This document shows positions 53,012 to 64,000 of a stretch of DNA of 64,000 nucleotides, piece by piece. The translations under genes and the position numbers were made by a program. Under the pieces are notes generated by a model. That model saw nothing but the letters and a program-made list of their open reading frames with translations. It searched no databases and was not told the DNA's origin. The DNA comes from Tortispora ganteri (Eukaryota), in the NCBI GenBank assembly GCA_003707115.1, contig PPNB01000023.1, positions 62,001 through 126,000 of the forward strand, read 5' to 3'. Each line of letters opens with the position of its first letter. The stretch's first letter is position 1.

Positions 53012-53545
53012 AATAATTATATGATTTGCCTGAAATATATTAAGTGGACTATTACCGTGTGTTTAGATTGAAAAATAAGTGTACGCCGTGTTTCGCCCTG
53101 CCAGAAAACATACAGCAATGGTACGTAGTAATTTATCTGAAAAAAAAAAAAAGAAACAAACAAAAAAAACTAAGAAATAAAAAGCAAATCCTAGAAACAC
53201 TCAATAGAAAAAGTTCTGTTTTAATAATAAAAAGTGAGCCTGAATAGCGCTGGTATCGTCAAAGTGACGGCAGAGGTAGAAATGTGTGTGTTGCAACAAT
53301 ACCAATCAGGATCAGGACAGTCGGTTTACTGGACTCGACGCTATAATACAATAATGATTAATCAAATTCCAGCTAATGCTAGGTTACTGGATGCTTTAAT
53401 CAACTAAAATAGCAAAGTTGACAAAGAATGGTGTATGGGGGTGTATGCGTGTGTAAAGCCTGGGTGTGTTTATACCAGAGTACATAGAGGCCTCTGATTG
53501 GTCAATCATTTCCAACTGTGTGTCCTATGAACGAAAGCAAAGAAT

Positions 53546-56500
53546 TCAAGCAAACTGAATATCATCTTCAATGAGTTCATCGGAGAGCAATTCATCTTCG
53601 ATATCGGATTGATCATCAGCTTCAAGCTCATCAATAAAATAGTCCTCATCGTCGCTGGATTCGATATCTGACCTTACTTCAATCTCTGAGACTTCATTTT
53701 GCATACCAGCTTGAACACGCGCTTGGGTCTTTTCGACATTAGCGTGATGCTCATTGAGCTGAAACTCACTATTTCCTGGTGAATAGCCAATACTCATTCC
53801 GACTTTCACTAGAGTTTCGAGTTTGCTCATGGAATTCTCGATTAGATCATGGTCAAATTTGATTTGGTTCTGTTCAAATAACACAACCAGCGTAGACCCT
53901 CCAAACTTGAAATAGCCAAGCTCATCAGTTCGTCTCATAAGCTGTCCCGTCTTTGCTGTGATCACTGTAGAACCAACCATCATAGCGCCTACACAAACAA
54001 CCATAACCCGTCCGAACTCTTCAGAGTCTATAGCAGTGACAACTCGCGTGTTCTCACCAAATATATCCAAGCTACTTCTCACTGCCATCGGATTCACAGT
54101 ATAATATTCACCTGTGATCAATTCAGGTTCAAGTAAAATACCATCTACAGGACTATGAAACCTGTGATAGTCCTGCGGCGCGAGTCGGAATATGCAAACA
54201 GACCCGTTTGCGTACCTCTCTACATCAGCCGCATAGGCAGTATTGCCTAAGAGTCGTTTGATAGAAAATAATCGGCCCTTGATCCATAGACTGGTCGCTA
54301 AATCTAGTGTTTGAAACACAGAAAGCCGACAATCTGCAGCAGAAACAGCGATCTTGGGGTTATCTTCAGCATCGCAAGGCCGACAGCCAGGTTTCAGTTC
54401 TCTATAGAAAAATTCATTAAAATTCTGAAATTCTGCCAGAGGACGAAGCACCTCGTCAACTTTCAAATTATAAAACTCCACAAACCTGGGTATATACTGC
54501 TTTGACTTCGGATTATCAAATTTACGGCCCTGCCGCTTTGTCAGTGCTGTCAGCAGAGCCTTTATTCGGCGGCTCTTCATCTCATTATTCAGTCCCCTGT
54601 ACAATAAGCGGATCCCAATTCTCACGTATTTGCCCATCTTTTCTTCCACGATCTGACCAGTTTCACGATCTTGAACGAATATATTAGCAGAATCTGCACC
54701 AAGAGAATACCGGCCTCTTGTCACTTTACCGATAGCTTTGGTTAGAACCTTGCGCTGTGCTTGATTTGCCGTTACGTATTGTCTAATAAAGAGCTGGTCA
54801 ACCTGTCGCCAATCTTCAGATAGGCACGTAACCAGATGCGCCAGAATATCAGATTGAGAATTCTTGTTCAATCTAGGACGGCGGCATACTGGACATGATT
54901 GCACGCTAATGAGAACATTGCTGGCATCAGCTCTGTTCCCTACACCATAAGCAGCTGCAACTTCAGTATTTTTGATGAGAAACTCCAAGCATTTGATTGT
55001 CTGCTCAACTGTCAAGTGACTTTCGGAAACATTGTCATGCTTAGTTCCAAATTTTGTAACAGCATATGCAACCGTATCGGAAGGCAAATCAGCATGTAAG
55101 CTAGCTAGCAATGCTTCAAATGCGGAGTACGACAAGATTTTTCCATTCGCTTGTTGTTTCGCCAGACATGCCCATAGAATTTGTCTCAATGCATCGTAAG
55201 GTAAGTACCGGTATTTTACTGATACCACAGGTGTGTTAGTATACTTTTTGGACTTGTGTGCTAACGTAAGAGGAACTTGCAAAGATTCACCTTCGAATTG
55301 TGTAGTAAATTCAGACTCAGAGTTAAACAATGCCATCACTATATCATACAATCCAGATTCAGGATCAGGGACTGGCGAAGAATCTATCCACTCGTCTATA
55401 CTCAGGTACGCATCAGCGATCTTATGATTTTTCGACACTTTATCGCGCTCCATGACTGTGACATGAAGAGAATAAAGCATCTCGTGTCTGTTTACAGGGA
55501 ATACCATCTTTTGGTTGTATGTGGGGTTCAGATCGTGGCTGCGTACACTCGTGCGGAATATGGTCTTCCCGAGTGATGCTATAACGAATGGATCGACGTT
55601 AAACCCAGTGCGGGTAGCGTTCCTCAACGGAGGTAGATCTGAAACAGATGTTACTTCAAAAAAAAGAAGCCCAGAAAGATGCGTAGATGTTGAAAGGTTA
55701 TAATGAGAGCTATCGAGCTTATGGCGGTTCTTAACTCGCCGGCGACGCCTTCTGTTCTTATTCTTCTCTTGTTTAAAATTAGAAACAGCTAGCGTGCTCG
55801 TGGACGGTGTCGCAGAGACAGAGCCTGATGAAACTTGTAAACCAGCAACGGACTTGTCAGAATCGCTGAGTTCGGAATCGCTCTCCTCTATGTCTGATCG
55901 AGACAGGGAATCGGTTAGCATGGCGGCCGTTTGCAGCTCGTTGTCCAAGGCGTAAAGGGTCATGAGAGTGTTGTATTTTGTAAAGAGGTCTAGCGAAGAG
56001 ATATCAGGTATTTCAGGAATATTAAGTGAGAAATTAACAATGACTAGAGGTGCAGAAGAGTGTGGAGTGTTTTCATGGTATTCCTGCGAAGTCAACGACC
56101 GAGGTCTACCTCTAATACGGCGAATAATCCTCCGTCGTCGTCTAAACGTGAAAGCGTGGTCTACACCGCGCACCTGTGAAGGACCAACAAACAAATCACC
56201 TATATACTGGTGCGCCATTCCGAATAATTTATATCTGTTCTTGCGTAGGACGTAAAGTCTGATCTCTAGCTGGGTGTCCGGATCAAGCGCGCCATCTGCA
56301 GCCGTTACAACGTCTAGTATCGGCAAGTCGAACTCTGCGTCCCATTCGGCGTCAGGTGCTAGCTTCTCCGGTTCAGTAGTATACGAAAACTCACCGACTG
56401 TGACCACGACGTAGCAGAATTTGTAGCCCATCATAGAGGAGAGGTTCATTGTACGATCTACTTTGATGCGAAGGCACAAGCCATCAGGGATCGACCTATC

Positions 56501-56674
56501 AAGAGGCGCAATAATTGGACTTGAACCTGCACTGAGGGATACAGGAGGTAGCTGTAGTAGCGGCGAAGTTGCCGTTGTCGTCGACAGGACGCCTGCTGCC
56601 GATGGCAGAGCAGGCGAAGGAACCCTCGTAGAGTACTGCTTGAACTTTGGGATTTGTAAAGTGGTGTCGCCCAT
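53546..56674 (-). CDS. PSD2: Phosphatidylserine decarboxylase 2 (C2-domain type)
   Basis: C2 domains (DLPP..NATRTGF.VDPFV), FNEFFYR, ADCR, FRLAPQDYHRFHSPV, NPMAVRS and the autocleavage motif FGGST; first ATG at 56674. Confidence 0.95.
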   Translation of the reverse strand: MGDTTLQIPKFKQYSTRVPSPALPSAAGVLSTTTATSPLLQLPPVSLSAGSSPIIAPLDRSIPDGLCLRIKVDRTMNLSSMMGYKFCYVVVTVGEFSYTTEPEKLAPDAEWDAEFDLPILDVVTAADGALDPDTQLEIRLYVLRKNRYKLFGMAHQYIGDLFVGPSQVRGVDHAFTFRRRRRIIRRIRGRPRSLTSQEYHENTPHSSAPLVIVNFSLNIPEIPDISSLDLFTKYNTLMTLYALDNELQTAAMLTDSLSRSDIEESDSELSDSDKSVAGLQVSSGSVSATPSTSTLAVSNFKQEKNKNRRRRRRVKNRHKLDSSHYNLSTSTHLSGLLFFEVTSVSDLPPLRNATRTGFNVDPFVIASLGKTIFRTSVRSHDLNPTYNQKMVFPVNRHEMLYSLHVTVMERDKVSKNHKIADAYLSIDEWIDSSPVPDPESGLYDIVMALFNSESEFTTQFEGESLQVPLTLAHKSKKYTNTPVVSVKYRYLPYDALRQILWACLAKQQANGKILSYSAFEALLASLHADLPSDTVAYAVTKFGTKHDNVSESHLTVEQTIKCLEFLIKNTEVAAAYGVGNRADASNVLISVQSCPVCRRPRLNKNSQSDILAHLVTCLSEDWRQVDQLFIRQYVTANQAQRKVLTKAIGKVTRGRYSLGADSANIFVQDRETGQIVEEKMGKYVRIGIRLLYRGLNNEMKSRRIKALLTALTKRQGRKFDNPKSKQYIPRFVEFYNLKVDEVLRPLAEFQNFNEFFYRELKPGCRPCDAEDNPKIAVSAADCRLSVFQTLDLATSLWIKGRLFSIKRLLGNTAYAADVERYANGSVCIFRLAPQDYHRFHSPVDGILLEPELITGEYYTVNPMAVRSSLDIFGENTRVVTAIDSEEFGRVMVVCVGAMMVGSTVITAKTGQLMRRTDELGYFKFGGSTLVVLFEQNQIKFDHDLIENSMSKLETLVKVGMSIGYSPGNSEFQLNEHHANVEKTQARVQAGMQNEVSEIEVRSDIESSDDEDYFIDELEADDQSDIEDELLSDELIEDDIQFA

Positions 56675-57257
56675 AGTATCAGCGCAATTCCCGTAAGGGT
56701 CTTTTAGATTCCTCAATAGATACCAGAATTCAGATTGCTTTTCTATCCACCCACTTAATTTGAGGCAATTCAAGCAGACTGCGAAACCTGCTAAGCCAGC
56801 AGTCTTTGACCTGAGTGACGGAGCTGTTCAAGTCGTATCATGTACTCGGCTGAACTGCATCAACCAATCACACACTCCAACAAGTCCCAATGCAACCGTC
56901 GAATAGGGTGCAGCTGACGTGGCCTGCATATGTTTACCTCTGGCGCGTTTGCGATATGCTAAAATAACCAAATTGCGTCTTTTTGGGCATCAGAAAGTTA
57001 TATTTATTGTCTACTAGGCATTCGACTTTAATATTTAAACTTACAGCGCACGTAGTGACACATGTTAGTCACTCAATTATCACGTGACAAGACACATCTT
57101 ATTTGCCACTTTGATATGTGCTGTGCAGTATCAGTTCAGGAACAACATTATTCAGTTTGCTAGTATGAGACTACTACGGCTGATATGATACTTTATTTGA
57201 TCAGATATGCAGTCTGGCCATAAATGTTTAGAACTTCTTGCAGGAACAAACGCTTTA

Positions 57258-57263
57258 CCTCGG
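57258..57263 (+). promoter_or_regulatory. CCTCGG element (FarA/Por1/Ctf1-type fatty-acid response site)
   Basis: Exact hexamer about 115 bp upstream of a PTS1-bearing hydrolase and upstream of a TATATAA at about 57313. A single hexamer is weak evidence. Confidence 0.4.
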
Positions 57264-57376
57264 GTTAACTAATTTGGGAACACTACTTTTACCCCACACT
57301 TGTCACATACAATATATAACTGCAATAATCTGGCAGCGCTATAGGGTAATCAAATTGTACTCTAGTGTACAACATA

Positions 57377-58621
57377 ATGTTGAAGAAGTCTGGTGTTGTT
57401 AAAGGTGCTGCAACCCGAACGAAAAAGTACGCTACGGTCCACAGGGATGATATCTTTGATCTCGCTTACAATGTGTATTATTCACCATATGTAGTCAAAC
57501 GACCGAGTGAGCCCCATTTGGACACGAGACTACGACTGGTGTTATGCCATGCAACTGGCGTGCAGAAAGAGTACTGGGAACCCATAATCGAACGATGGTT
57601 TGCCGATCCCACTATTGGAGGTATAATCTCAGAAATCTATGCTTATGATAACTACTCGCATGGCGATTCAGGACTGCTTAATCGCCACAAAGTCGGAAAC
57701 GAAAGTAACTGGTTAGATAATTCTAGAGATCTCGTCGCATTTTGTCATGAACTCGGCCTTAACTCACGCAATGGCAGTCCGTTAGTCGCCATCGGCCACT
57801 CTTTAGGCGGCTCGACCTGTTTGTACGCGGCCGTACTGGACCCCGGCCTGTTCACTTCGATTGTAGCAATTGAACCTGTCGCATATGATGGATCAATTTC
57901 TAATCCCAAAAATGCCAAAGACCCTCTGCGACTCCTGCACTACATGAAATCGTCCCTTAAAGACGAATTTTCGTCGCGCGAAGACTGGCTTAAGTACTTC
58001 GAAAAGAAATCTATGTACGCGCCTTTCGACCTGAGAGTAAAAACAGCACTGCGCGATACTTTGGTCTATCAGGAAGACGGCAAATACAAAGTGAAAACGC
58101 CGACATGGGCCCACGTCCAGTCATATATCGGGTCCCGCCATTCCATGAGAGCTATATACAACAGTCTGCTCAATATCAGTATCCCCACGCTGCACATTGT
58201 CGGCGGTAGTGCGCGATGGAACCACCCTGATACAGCCAAGGCAATCAGTCACGCACTTGGCGAAGTCGGTGAGCTCATAGTCGTTCCAAAAGTAGGACAC
58301 ATGCTAGTCGCCGAGAATCCTGTTGAGACTGCCGACAGCGTCAAGGGCTTCTTGGTGAAATCAAGAAAATATTGGATAGACAACGAGGGCCGTCTTGATC
58401 CTGCAACCGGCAAAGTCAGCTCTTCAAACGACTATGACTCGCTTTTCATTCCAGATCCAGAGTTCTTCGAACATGATACATTGAGACAGAAAGTCGTAGC
58501 TCATCGCAACAATATTGGTCACGCACTTGATCTGGCAGTCAAAGGAGACACATCACACCTTCCAGGACCGGATATATTGAGACAAGCAATTAGCCTGGCA
58601 AATGTCATGGCCAAACTTTGA
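57377..58621 (+). CDS. Peroxisomal alpha/beta hydrolase (Lpx1-like)
   Basis: LVLCHATG..KEYW, HGDS, GHSLGG, IEPV and GHM motifs; C-terminal PTS1 -AKL. Confidence 0.8.
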   Translation: MLKKSGVVKGAATRTKKYATVHRDDIFDLAYNVYYSPYVVKRPSEPHLDTRLRLVLCHATGVQKEYWEPIIERWFADPTIGGIISEIYAYDNYSHGDSGLLNRHKVGNESNWLDNSRDLVAFCHELGLNSRNGSPLVAIGHSLGGSTCLYAAVLDPGLFTSIVAIEPVAYDGSISNPKNAKDPLRLLHYMKSSLKDEFSSREDWLKYFEKKSMYAPFDLRVKTALRDTLVYQEDGKYKVKTPTWAHVQSYIGSRHSMRAIYNSLLNISIPTLHIVGGSARWNHPDTAKAISHALGEVGELIVVPKVGHMLVAENPVETADSVKGFLVKSRKYWIDNEGRLDPATGKVSSSNDYDSLFIPDPEFFEHDTLRQKVVAHRNNIGHALDLAVKGDTSHLPGPDILRQAISLANVMAKL

Positions 58622-59606
58622 GGATATTCTGGAGAAAAATTTAGTTCCGATACACAAGAACAACGCCAAACTTATTTCAGATAGGTAGAGTTAAGAGCAC
58701 ATTCCAATTGAGGCAAGACACATCAACTTAATTCGTATGTGAAACTTGACATGTGTTTTTCATTTGCGCATCAGCAGAATATAAATACTATTCTCCACTC
58801 TCCATTCTACCTTGAAATGGCTATGCACAAAAAACTAAAGCTCGCGTTAATGTCAAAAACCTTGCTTATTGCAGATAAATCCTAAATTAGTTAAGTCATA
58901 CAGAGAAAGTAGGAGCGGAAAATATGCCGCGTGGACCTGTTTGAGCTCTTTTAGATCGCAATACCTAACCGCATCTATAATCGATTGCAGCACATCATTT
59001 GGCGAGTTTTTCCGAAGCCCACGATCGTCTTTGAGCTATTTCCTGTTACAGCCTTGTCAAGTAAGCGGCGCTACCCGTTATGATAGTCTCTAAGTTTCAG
59101 TTATTACCCCCCATAGTGCCCGAAAACTTAGTTTACGATATTCGCCAAGTCATTAGGAACAAGAACAACTCGATTTGCTCGCATCCACGACCAGCAAGGG
59201 GGTCTTAGATATTAGTTAAAATGTCATCAGCAATTAATGAGCATTATTTCGATATAACTTTCGCACCATATGGAAGAATACTCAGATCGGAAAAGTTGAT
59301 CTCATCCCTCTAAGGTGTATATTGACTCAAAATAGAGTTCTTCATATTGCTATGCAAAAGCAAATATGAGCATTATGATTGGCTAAATATACTGGACTGA
59401 TTAAACTCAATGATCCAAAATATGGTTGGGACGGGGAGTATCCGAATAATATCGATGTAAGTGCAAAGTCCGTCTCACCGTAATGAGTGTCTTCTCGGAC
59501 TATATAAGTCCCCTCCAAACATTATCTTTTTTCAGTTATTTCAATATCAATTCTAATTCCACTGCACTGTTTTCTTGTACTAGTTCTTAATAGAACAATC
59601 AGATAT

Positions 59607-60641
59607 ATGTTGAGAACAAACACAAATCAAACCGTCACGTACCTGAGGTACATCGTTCGTCCAAGCATTGTGCTGCAGGCACCATATGTTGAAATGAACA
59701 ATAAAAAACGCTATGCTTCCACCGCACCACATCCAACAATAACACCAAACAGCTCAAAGACTCAAGGAAAATCTATCGTCGAAGAAAGCGCTGCATATCT
59801 CTCAGAAGGCGACGGCGAAATGTGGGTGCACCCGATCTACACCAAAGCTCAAATTGAAGAAATCAATGTCGCCCATAGAGAAGCTAAAACATTCCGTGAC
59901 CGTTTCGCACTGACTGCTATTAGAATAATTCGATCTACCTTTGATTTCGCCACCGGTTACAGGCATCCGCCACCTGGCCACGAGGCGGACAAGAAGTTCG
60001 AAATGACGCCAGAGTTGTGGTTGCGTCGATTCTTATTTCTGGAATCGATTGCCGGTGTACCCGGCATGGTCGGGGGAATGGTTCGTCACCTTCAATCTCT
60101 TCGCATACTGCGTAGAGATAATGCATGGATTGAAACACTCTTGGAGGAGGCATACAATGAACGCATGCATTTATTGACATTCATGCAGTTAACTTCTCCA
60201 GGATGGTTTATGCGTCTGATGCTGCTCGGAGGCCAGGGAGTTTTTTTCAACCTGTTTTTCGTTTCGTATCTATTAAGCCCGCGCACATGTCATCGTTTCG
60301 TCGGGTACCTTGAAGAAGAAGCGATTATCACTTATACAAGGTGTCTGCAAGACATTTCAGCCGGAAGAATTCCTGAATGGAAAACCCAAGGTGTCCCTGA
60401 AATTGCCAAAAAGTACTGGAGGCTCGACGATACAGCAACAATGGAAGACCTAATTTACTATGTTCGCGCGGATGAAGCCAAGCACAGGGAAGTCAACCAC
60501 ACACTTGCAAATTTAAAGTCGAGCGATCCAAATCCTTTCGTCATCCATACTGTTCATAACAAAAATCAACCTTCTAAATCTCTCAAGACTTATAACCCCA
60601 TTGGATGGGAACGCGAGGACGTCATTGGTCCTGATAACTAA
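59607..60641 (+). CDS. AOX1: Mitochondrial alternative oxidase
   Basis: FLESIAGVPG, EEAYNERMHL, HRFVGYLEEEA and RADEAKHREVNH di-iron motifs. Confidence 0.97.
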   Translation: MLRTNTNQTVTYLRYIVRPSIVLQAPYVEMNNKKRYASTAPHPTITPNSSKTQGKSIVEESAAYLSEGDGEMWVHPIYTKAQIEEINVAHREAKTFRDRFALTAIRIIRSTFDFATGYRHPPPGHEADKKFEMTPELWLRRFLFLESIAGVPGMVGGMVRHLQSLRILRRDNAWIETLLEEAYNERMHLLTFMQLTSPGWFMRLMLLGGQGVFFNLFFVSYLLSPRTCHRFVGYLEEEAIITYTRCLQDISAGRIPEWKTQGVPEIAKKYWRLDDTATMEDLIYYVRADEAKHREVNHTLANLKSSDPNPFVIHTVHNKNQPSKSLKTYNPIGWEREDVIGPDN

Positions 60642-60735
60642 ACTGTTCACAAGATATATAAGGGCTCTCCTCAACTGACTGCTCTATTTTTGTACACCAA
60701 TCACATTGTCATATCACCATTACAGACTCTTCTTT

Positions 60736-61500
60736 TCACTTTTCTGGATTTTTCGTACTAGGTTTCAATATTTTAACAGCGTCCTTAGAAAACACATAGC
60801 TCAATCCAGATGCAATCGTAGTGCCGGCAACGACATACTCTAGGCCGTGGATAGCTAGTATGGCAGATTCTGGAAATGCAAATGCAGCCTCCACAATGTA
60901 CGTTCCAATCAAACCCATTTGAAGCGCAGTATTGACCTTCGATATATAAGTAGGTCGCACTTCAGCAGAGGGGAGACTCATGTCCCAAAATCTCGTGAAA
61001 GTTACGGGTGGAGGCAGAGATATGTACCGAAAGTAGAGCGACGAAAGTAGCAGAAAAGCGTCTCTGCCGAGTATTAAAAATGCAAGTACACCAGGCATTG
61101 TATCTTTAATATATAGGGCCGTTGTGAGCGTCACCATCAATGCTTTGTCCGCGAAAGGGTCAATTATCGTGCCGACGACAGATTTCATTGAATATCGTCG
61201 GGCAATGAACCCATCTAGCAGGTCAGTTACGCACGCATAACCAAATAGGCAAAATGCATACATATCGTGTCCCTGTACTAGCAGATACGCAATTGCAGGT
61301 GTAGCGCATATCCGGGAGAATGTCAAGATATTAGGGATCGTGTATATATTTTCGTGTTTCTCTACCGGTTTGGGCGGCTTATTCATTGCCGGCCAGCTCC
61401 GCGAGAAATTACGTGAAACACTAAACAGAAATACACTGGACCGAGGTGCATGTATGAGCGGGCGCACAGCAGACCTAAAACATGCAGATCGTATCATCAT
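60736..61500 (-). CDS. CRD1: Cardiolipin synthase
   Basis: ENIYTIPNILT, TDLLDGFIAR..GTIIDPFADK and PSAEVRPTYISKVNT motifs; presequence-like N-terminus. Confidence 0.93.
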   Translation of the reverse strand: MMIRSACFRSAVRPLIHAPRSSVFLFSVSRNFSRSWPAMNKPPKPVEKHENIYTIPNILTFSRICATPAIAYLLVQGHDMYAFCLFGYACVTDLLDGFIARRYSMKSVVGTIIDPFADKALMVTLTTALYIKDTMPGVLAFLILGRDAFLLLSSLYFRYISLPPPVTFTRFWDMSLPSAEVRPTYISKVNTALQMGLIGTYIVEAAFAFPESAILAIHGLEYVVAGTTIASGLSYVFSKDAVKILKPSTKNPEK

Positions 61501-61618
61501 TGTCGTTAAAAAAAAAAGGAAAAAAAAAAGAAAAGATCAATTAAGCGGTGGAGTAAAGAGGTGAAGTAAAGAGGTGAGGTCGATAAAGTTTGTTGGGACC
61601 CGATAAACAATTTAACGT

Positions 61619-64000
61619 TCACGCCTTATATTGATAAACGCTAGCGTCCTCGTCCGATCGCTCTAAGTAGTCTTTGTCTATAAGAACCTCGACTCTCTTT
61701 TTGATAATTATGACATCAGGCTCAAAGTGACGCGTCAGCTGCCGGATCACCTCCATCACCAGCGCTGTGTGGTGCATGCTCTTGTTAGCTTTCATCACCC
61801 GTATAATGGCGGCATCCACTGCCAGCTCTCTGGCGTTGTTCACTTTATTGAAAGTGTTTTCGTGCTCCTCCTCTGTCTCAGCTTGGTTTATCGTTGTCTC
61901 GTTACTGTTTTTCGCTCCTGATTTGGGTGTCACAAGCGCAACACGGATCTTGCGCTGCTTCGACACAAATTCCTGATTCAAGTACACCCGATCACTCCCA
62001 GAAATAGTACTGTTCATTGGCTCTTTCCGCAGGATTCTCGTCCGCGGTGGTAGTATCATCGAAAGAAGGTGCTTAGAAAGATCCTCCTGTCCTATATTCG
62101 TCCTTTCTTGCAGTTCATCAATTGTCAAATATCCGCCCTCTTCAATGTCGTTAAACTGCAAAAGAATAACCATACCAAAAGTCGGTGCAATTATGTCGTA
62201 GGCTCTTCCGTTAATAATAGTAGAAATCTCCCCCGAACCTAAACCCGCTACCCAATTGAGCACCCTTCCGTCGTGCTCATTTCTGTAGAATTTCTCAAAT
62301 TCTTCCATAAGTCCTCTTACTTCGTCGGGAAACCGTATTTGTTCACGCTTCGTCATATCTAGTAAATAGTTCGGCCAGAATGGCTCCCTCAAAAGCAGCG
62401 GAGAAAGACTAAATTCATGTGACATTGAATTAGAAGTTTTATACTTCTCAAAATCAGCCTTGTTGACTTCAGATATCAGTACATCATCACACATCTTCAG
62501 CATGCTGTGGGCATAAGTCACGCCTTGCAAGTCCTTCAATTTCAGAATCAAAAGCTCGTCAGCTTCGGTCAATACCCGCTGGTTCAGCAATCGTTTAGCC
62601 AGATGCTTTTGATAATACGTCTGAAAAAGATCTGCATCCTTTAAGTACTTAAACATACTCAACCCATTTTCAATAATGTTATTGAGCTCTTCTTTGGGTA
62701 ATTTCTCAGACCTTCGGATTCCGTCATCCAAATAAAGCGAAACAAACTCAGGTGCACGTTTCGTATTATTTATCACGGAAATAAATGCGTCATCGATAGT
62801 GGCTTGTATGTCATTAGAATTGTCAAATGATGCTTCCAACATGGCTTCAAGTTTCCGTTTATAACTGACAAGCTTTTGAATCCATATGAATGCTTTCTGT
62901 GTTATTTCCTGAGCTTTTACCTTTGTTTTCACAGCCCCATCATCAACAAGCGGTAAAGGATCTACCAGAACCGACTTGTACGAATCACATTCCGCATAAA
63001 CAGCGTTATGAAGATGCTGCTTAAAAATCACTCTATCTAAGTCTACTCTGCCGGCAAACTCGTATGCTAATCGAGCACTGGTATAGTCAAATACCGAAAT
63101 AATATGTTGGAGCCCCACAGGAGAAAAGTTGAACACGTCTTCAAGAGTGTTTTGAAAGAAAATGTGATCTTGTGTAACTATCAGCTGAGGACGTGTAGAC
63201 TCTGCCAATAAATGGAATACATCATGCTCTTCCTGTCTGAACGTTGAATTGAGCTGTGCAAAATAAACAACAGCATTATGCTGTTGCAAGAGGGTATCCT
63301 TTATCGTACTGTAGTAATCGGCGGATGCTCGCACTACTTCCGGTTCAAATTCATCCTCGTAGTAACTAGATACTTGCGCGGCTCCGCCGGGGGCGATTGA
63401 TGTGATAGTAAGTGACTGCATAAACTGCATCATTGCATTGAATGTATGCAGATCAATCGACCGGCCTTGTCGTATCTCGTTAATTTGACTCAGAAGACAA
63501 TTGAAGAGGTACTTCTGCACTTCCGGGACAGACACAACGTATGTTCGAAGCATGTAAAGGCCCATGTCGCTGATAATCGGCCGCCTGGCTTCCTTCGAAT
63601 ATACCCGATCGCAGTATATCATTATATCGCTAATCATGCGGACAGCTATAGAGAATTCGTTCGCCACTGCCAATATCTCTTGCAAAAACAACGAAGGATC
63701 AGAATTGGTGCTCATTAGTGGTATTATACGCGTATTTATTATAGTAGACAGCAGATCTCTCAGTTTAGCAGCAGTTTTATCATATAATTGTGCACCCATT
63801 CTCCAGAGAACAAGTACATATTGTGCCCTGTATAGCTGTTCGTACGACAATTTTGATGAGTTACGCTTGAATATCTCGTCAATAGCATTAGATAGTGTCT
63901 CCCAGGTGGTATTGAAGTCTTTTTCGGTTTTATCATGCTATAAATGGTTAGTATTACTGTATGGTTACAAACAACTACCTAATATTATTCACTTACCTTC
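61619..64000 (-). CDS. CUL3: Cullin-3, 5' end truncated by the window edge; intron 63996-63938
   Basis: Intron GTAAGT..TACTAAC..TAG. The exon from 63937 reads ..TWETLSNAIDEIFKRNSSKLSYEQLYR..DIMIYCDRVY..PEFVSLYLD..YYQKHLAKRLL..DAAIIRVMK..IKKRVEVLIDKDYLER. Confidence 0.88.

Noticed and set aside
59432..59481. Canonical AOX induction motif CGG-N7-CGG
   Set aside because: Only an inverted CGG-N7-CCG (59432-59444) and a CCG-N5-CCG are present. Neither is the AOD2/AOD5 direct repeat.
20670..60700. Stop-codon readthrough to cryptic PTS1 signals
   Set aside because: For the stops I checked (INO1, ARP2, fRMsr, GSH1, AOX) there was no TGA-CTA context and no extension ending in an SKL-like tripeptide.
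61553..61578. Short tandem duplications (AGTAAAGAGGTGA x2; also ACCGCCGGTGGT x2 at about 35028)
   Set aside because: Two-copy slippage events with no spacers or other structure; not CRISPR-like or telomeric.

Overview
Gene-dense window of a yeast-like fungal nuclear genome. It uses the standard genetic code (CTG falls at conserved Leu in ARP2) and has a few short GT-AG introns with TACTAAC-type branch points. Gene content (TSC2, a complex I subunit, alternative oxidase, STE2) suggests an early-diverging budding yeast; this is inference. About 32 protein genes can be supported. Two are missing from the ORF track: RPA135, which runs off the left edge, and a 3-exon PMP3. Five more need splicing to be called correctly: TIM11/ATP21, ARP2, NDUFB7, GSH1 and CUL3. 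I found no tRNA, rRNA, intact transposon or CRISPR, and nothing I can confidently call a new biological system. The best leads are: (1) a STE2 promoter with a perfect 12-bp palindrome of HMG-box sites plus a palindromic Ste12-type site; (2) two oversized, self-complementary introns (PMP3, TIM11); (3) a 16-bp x3 repeat in an AT-rich gap next to a YOX1-like gene; (4) a G-rich/C-rich nested inverted element upstream of PTC7; (5) a multi-hairpin element downstream of the G-alpha gene; (6) unusual inserts in Nhp2, Gsh1 and Prm10. All family calls come from recognising motifs by eye, not from database searches.
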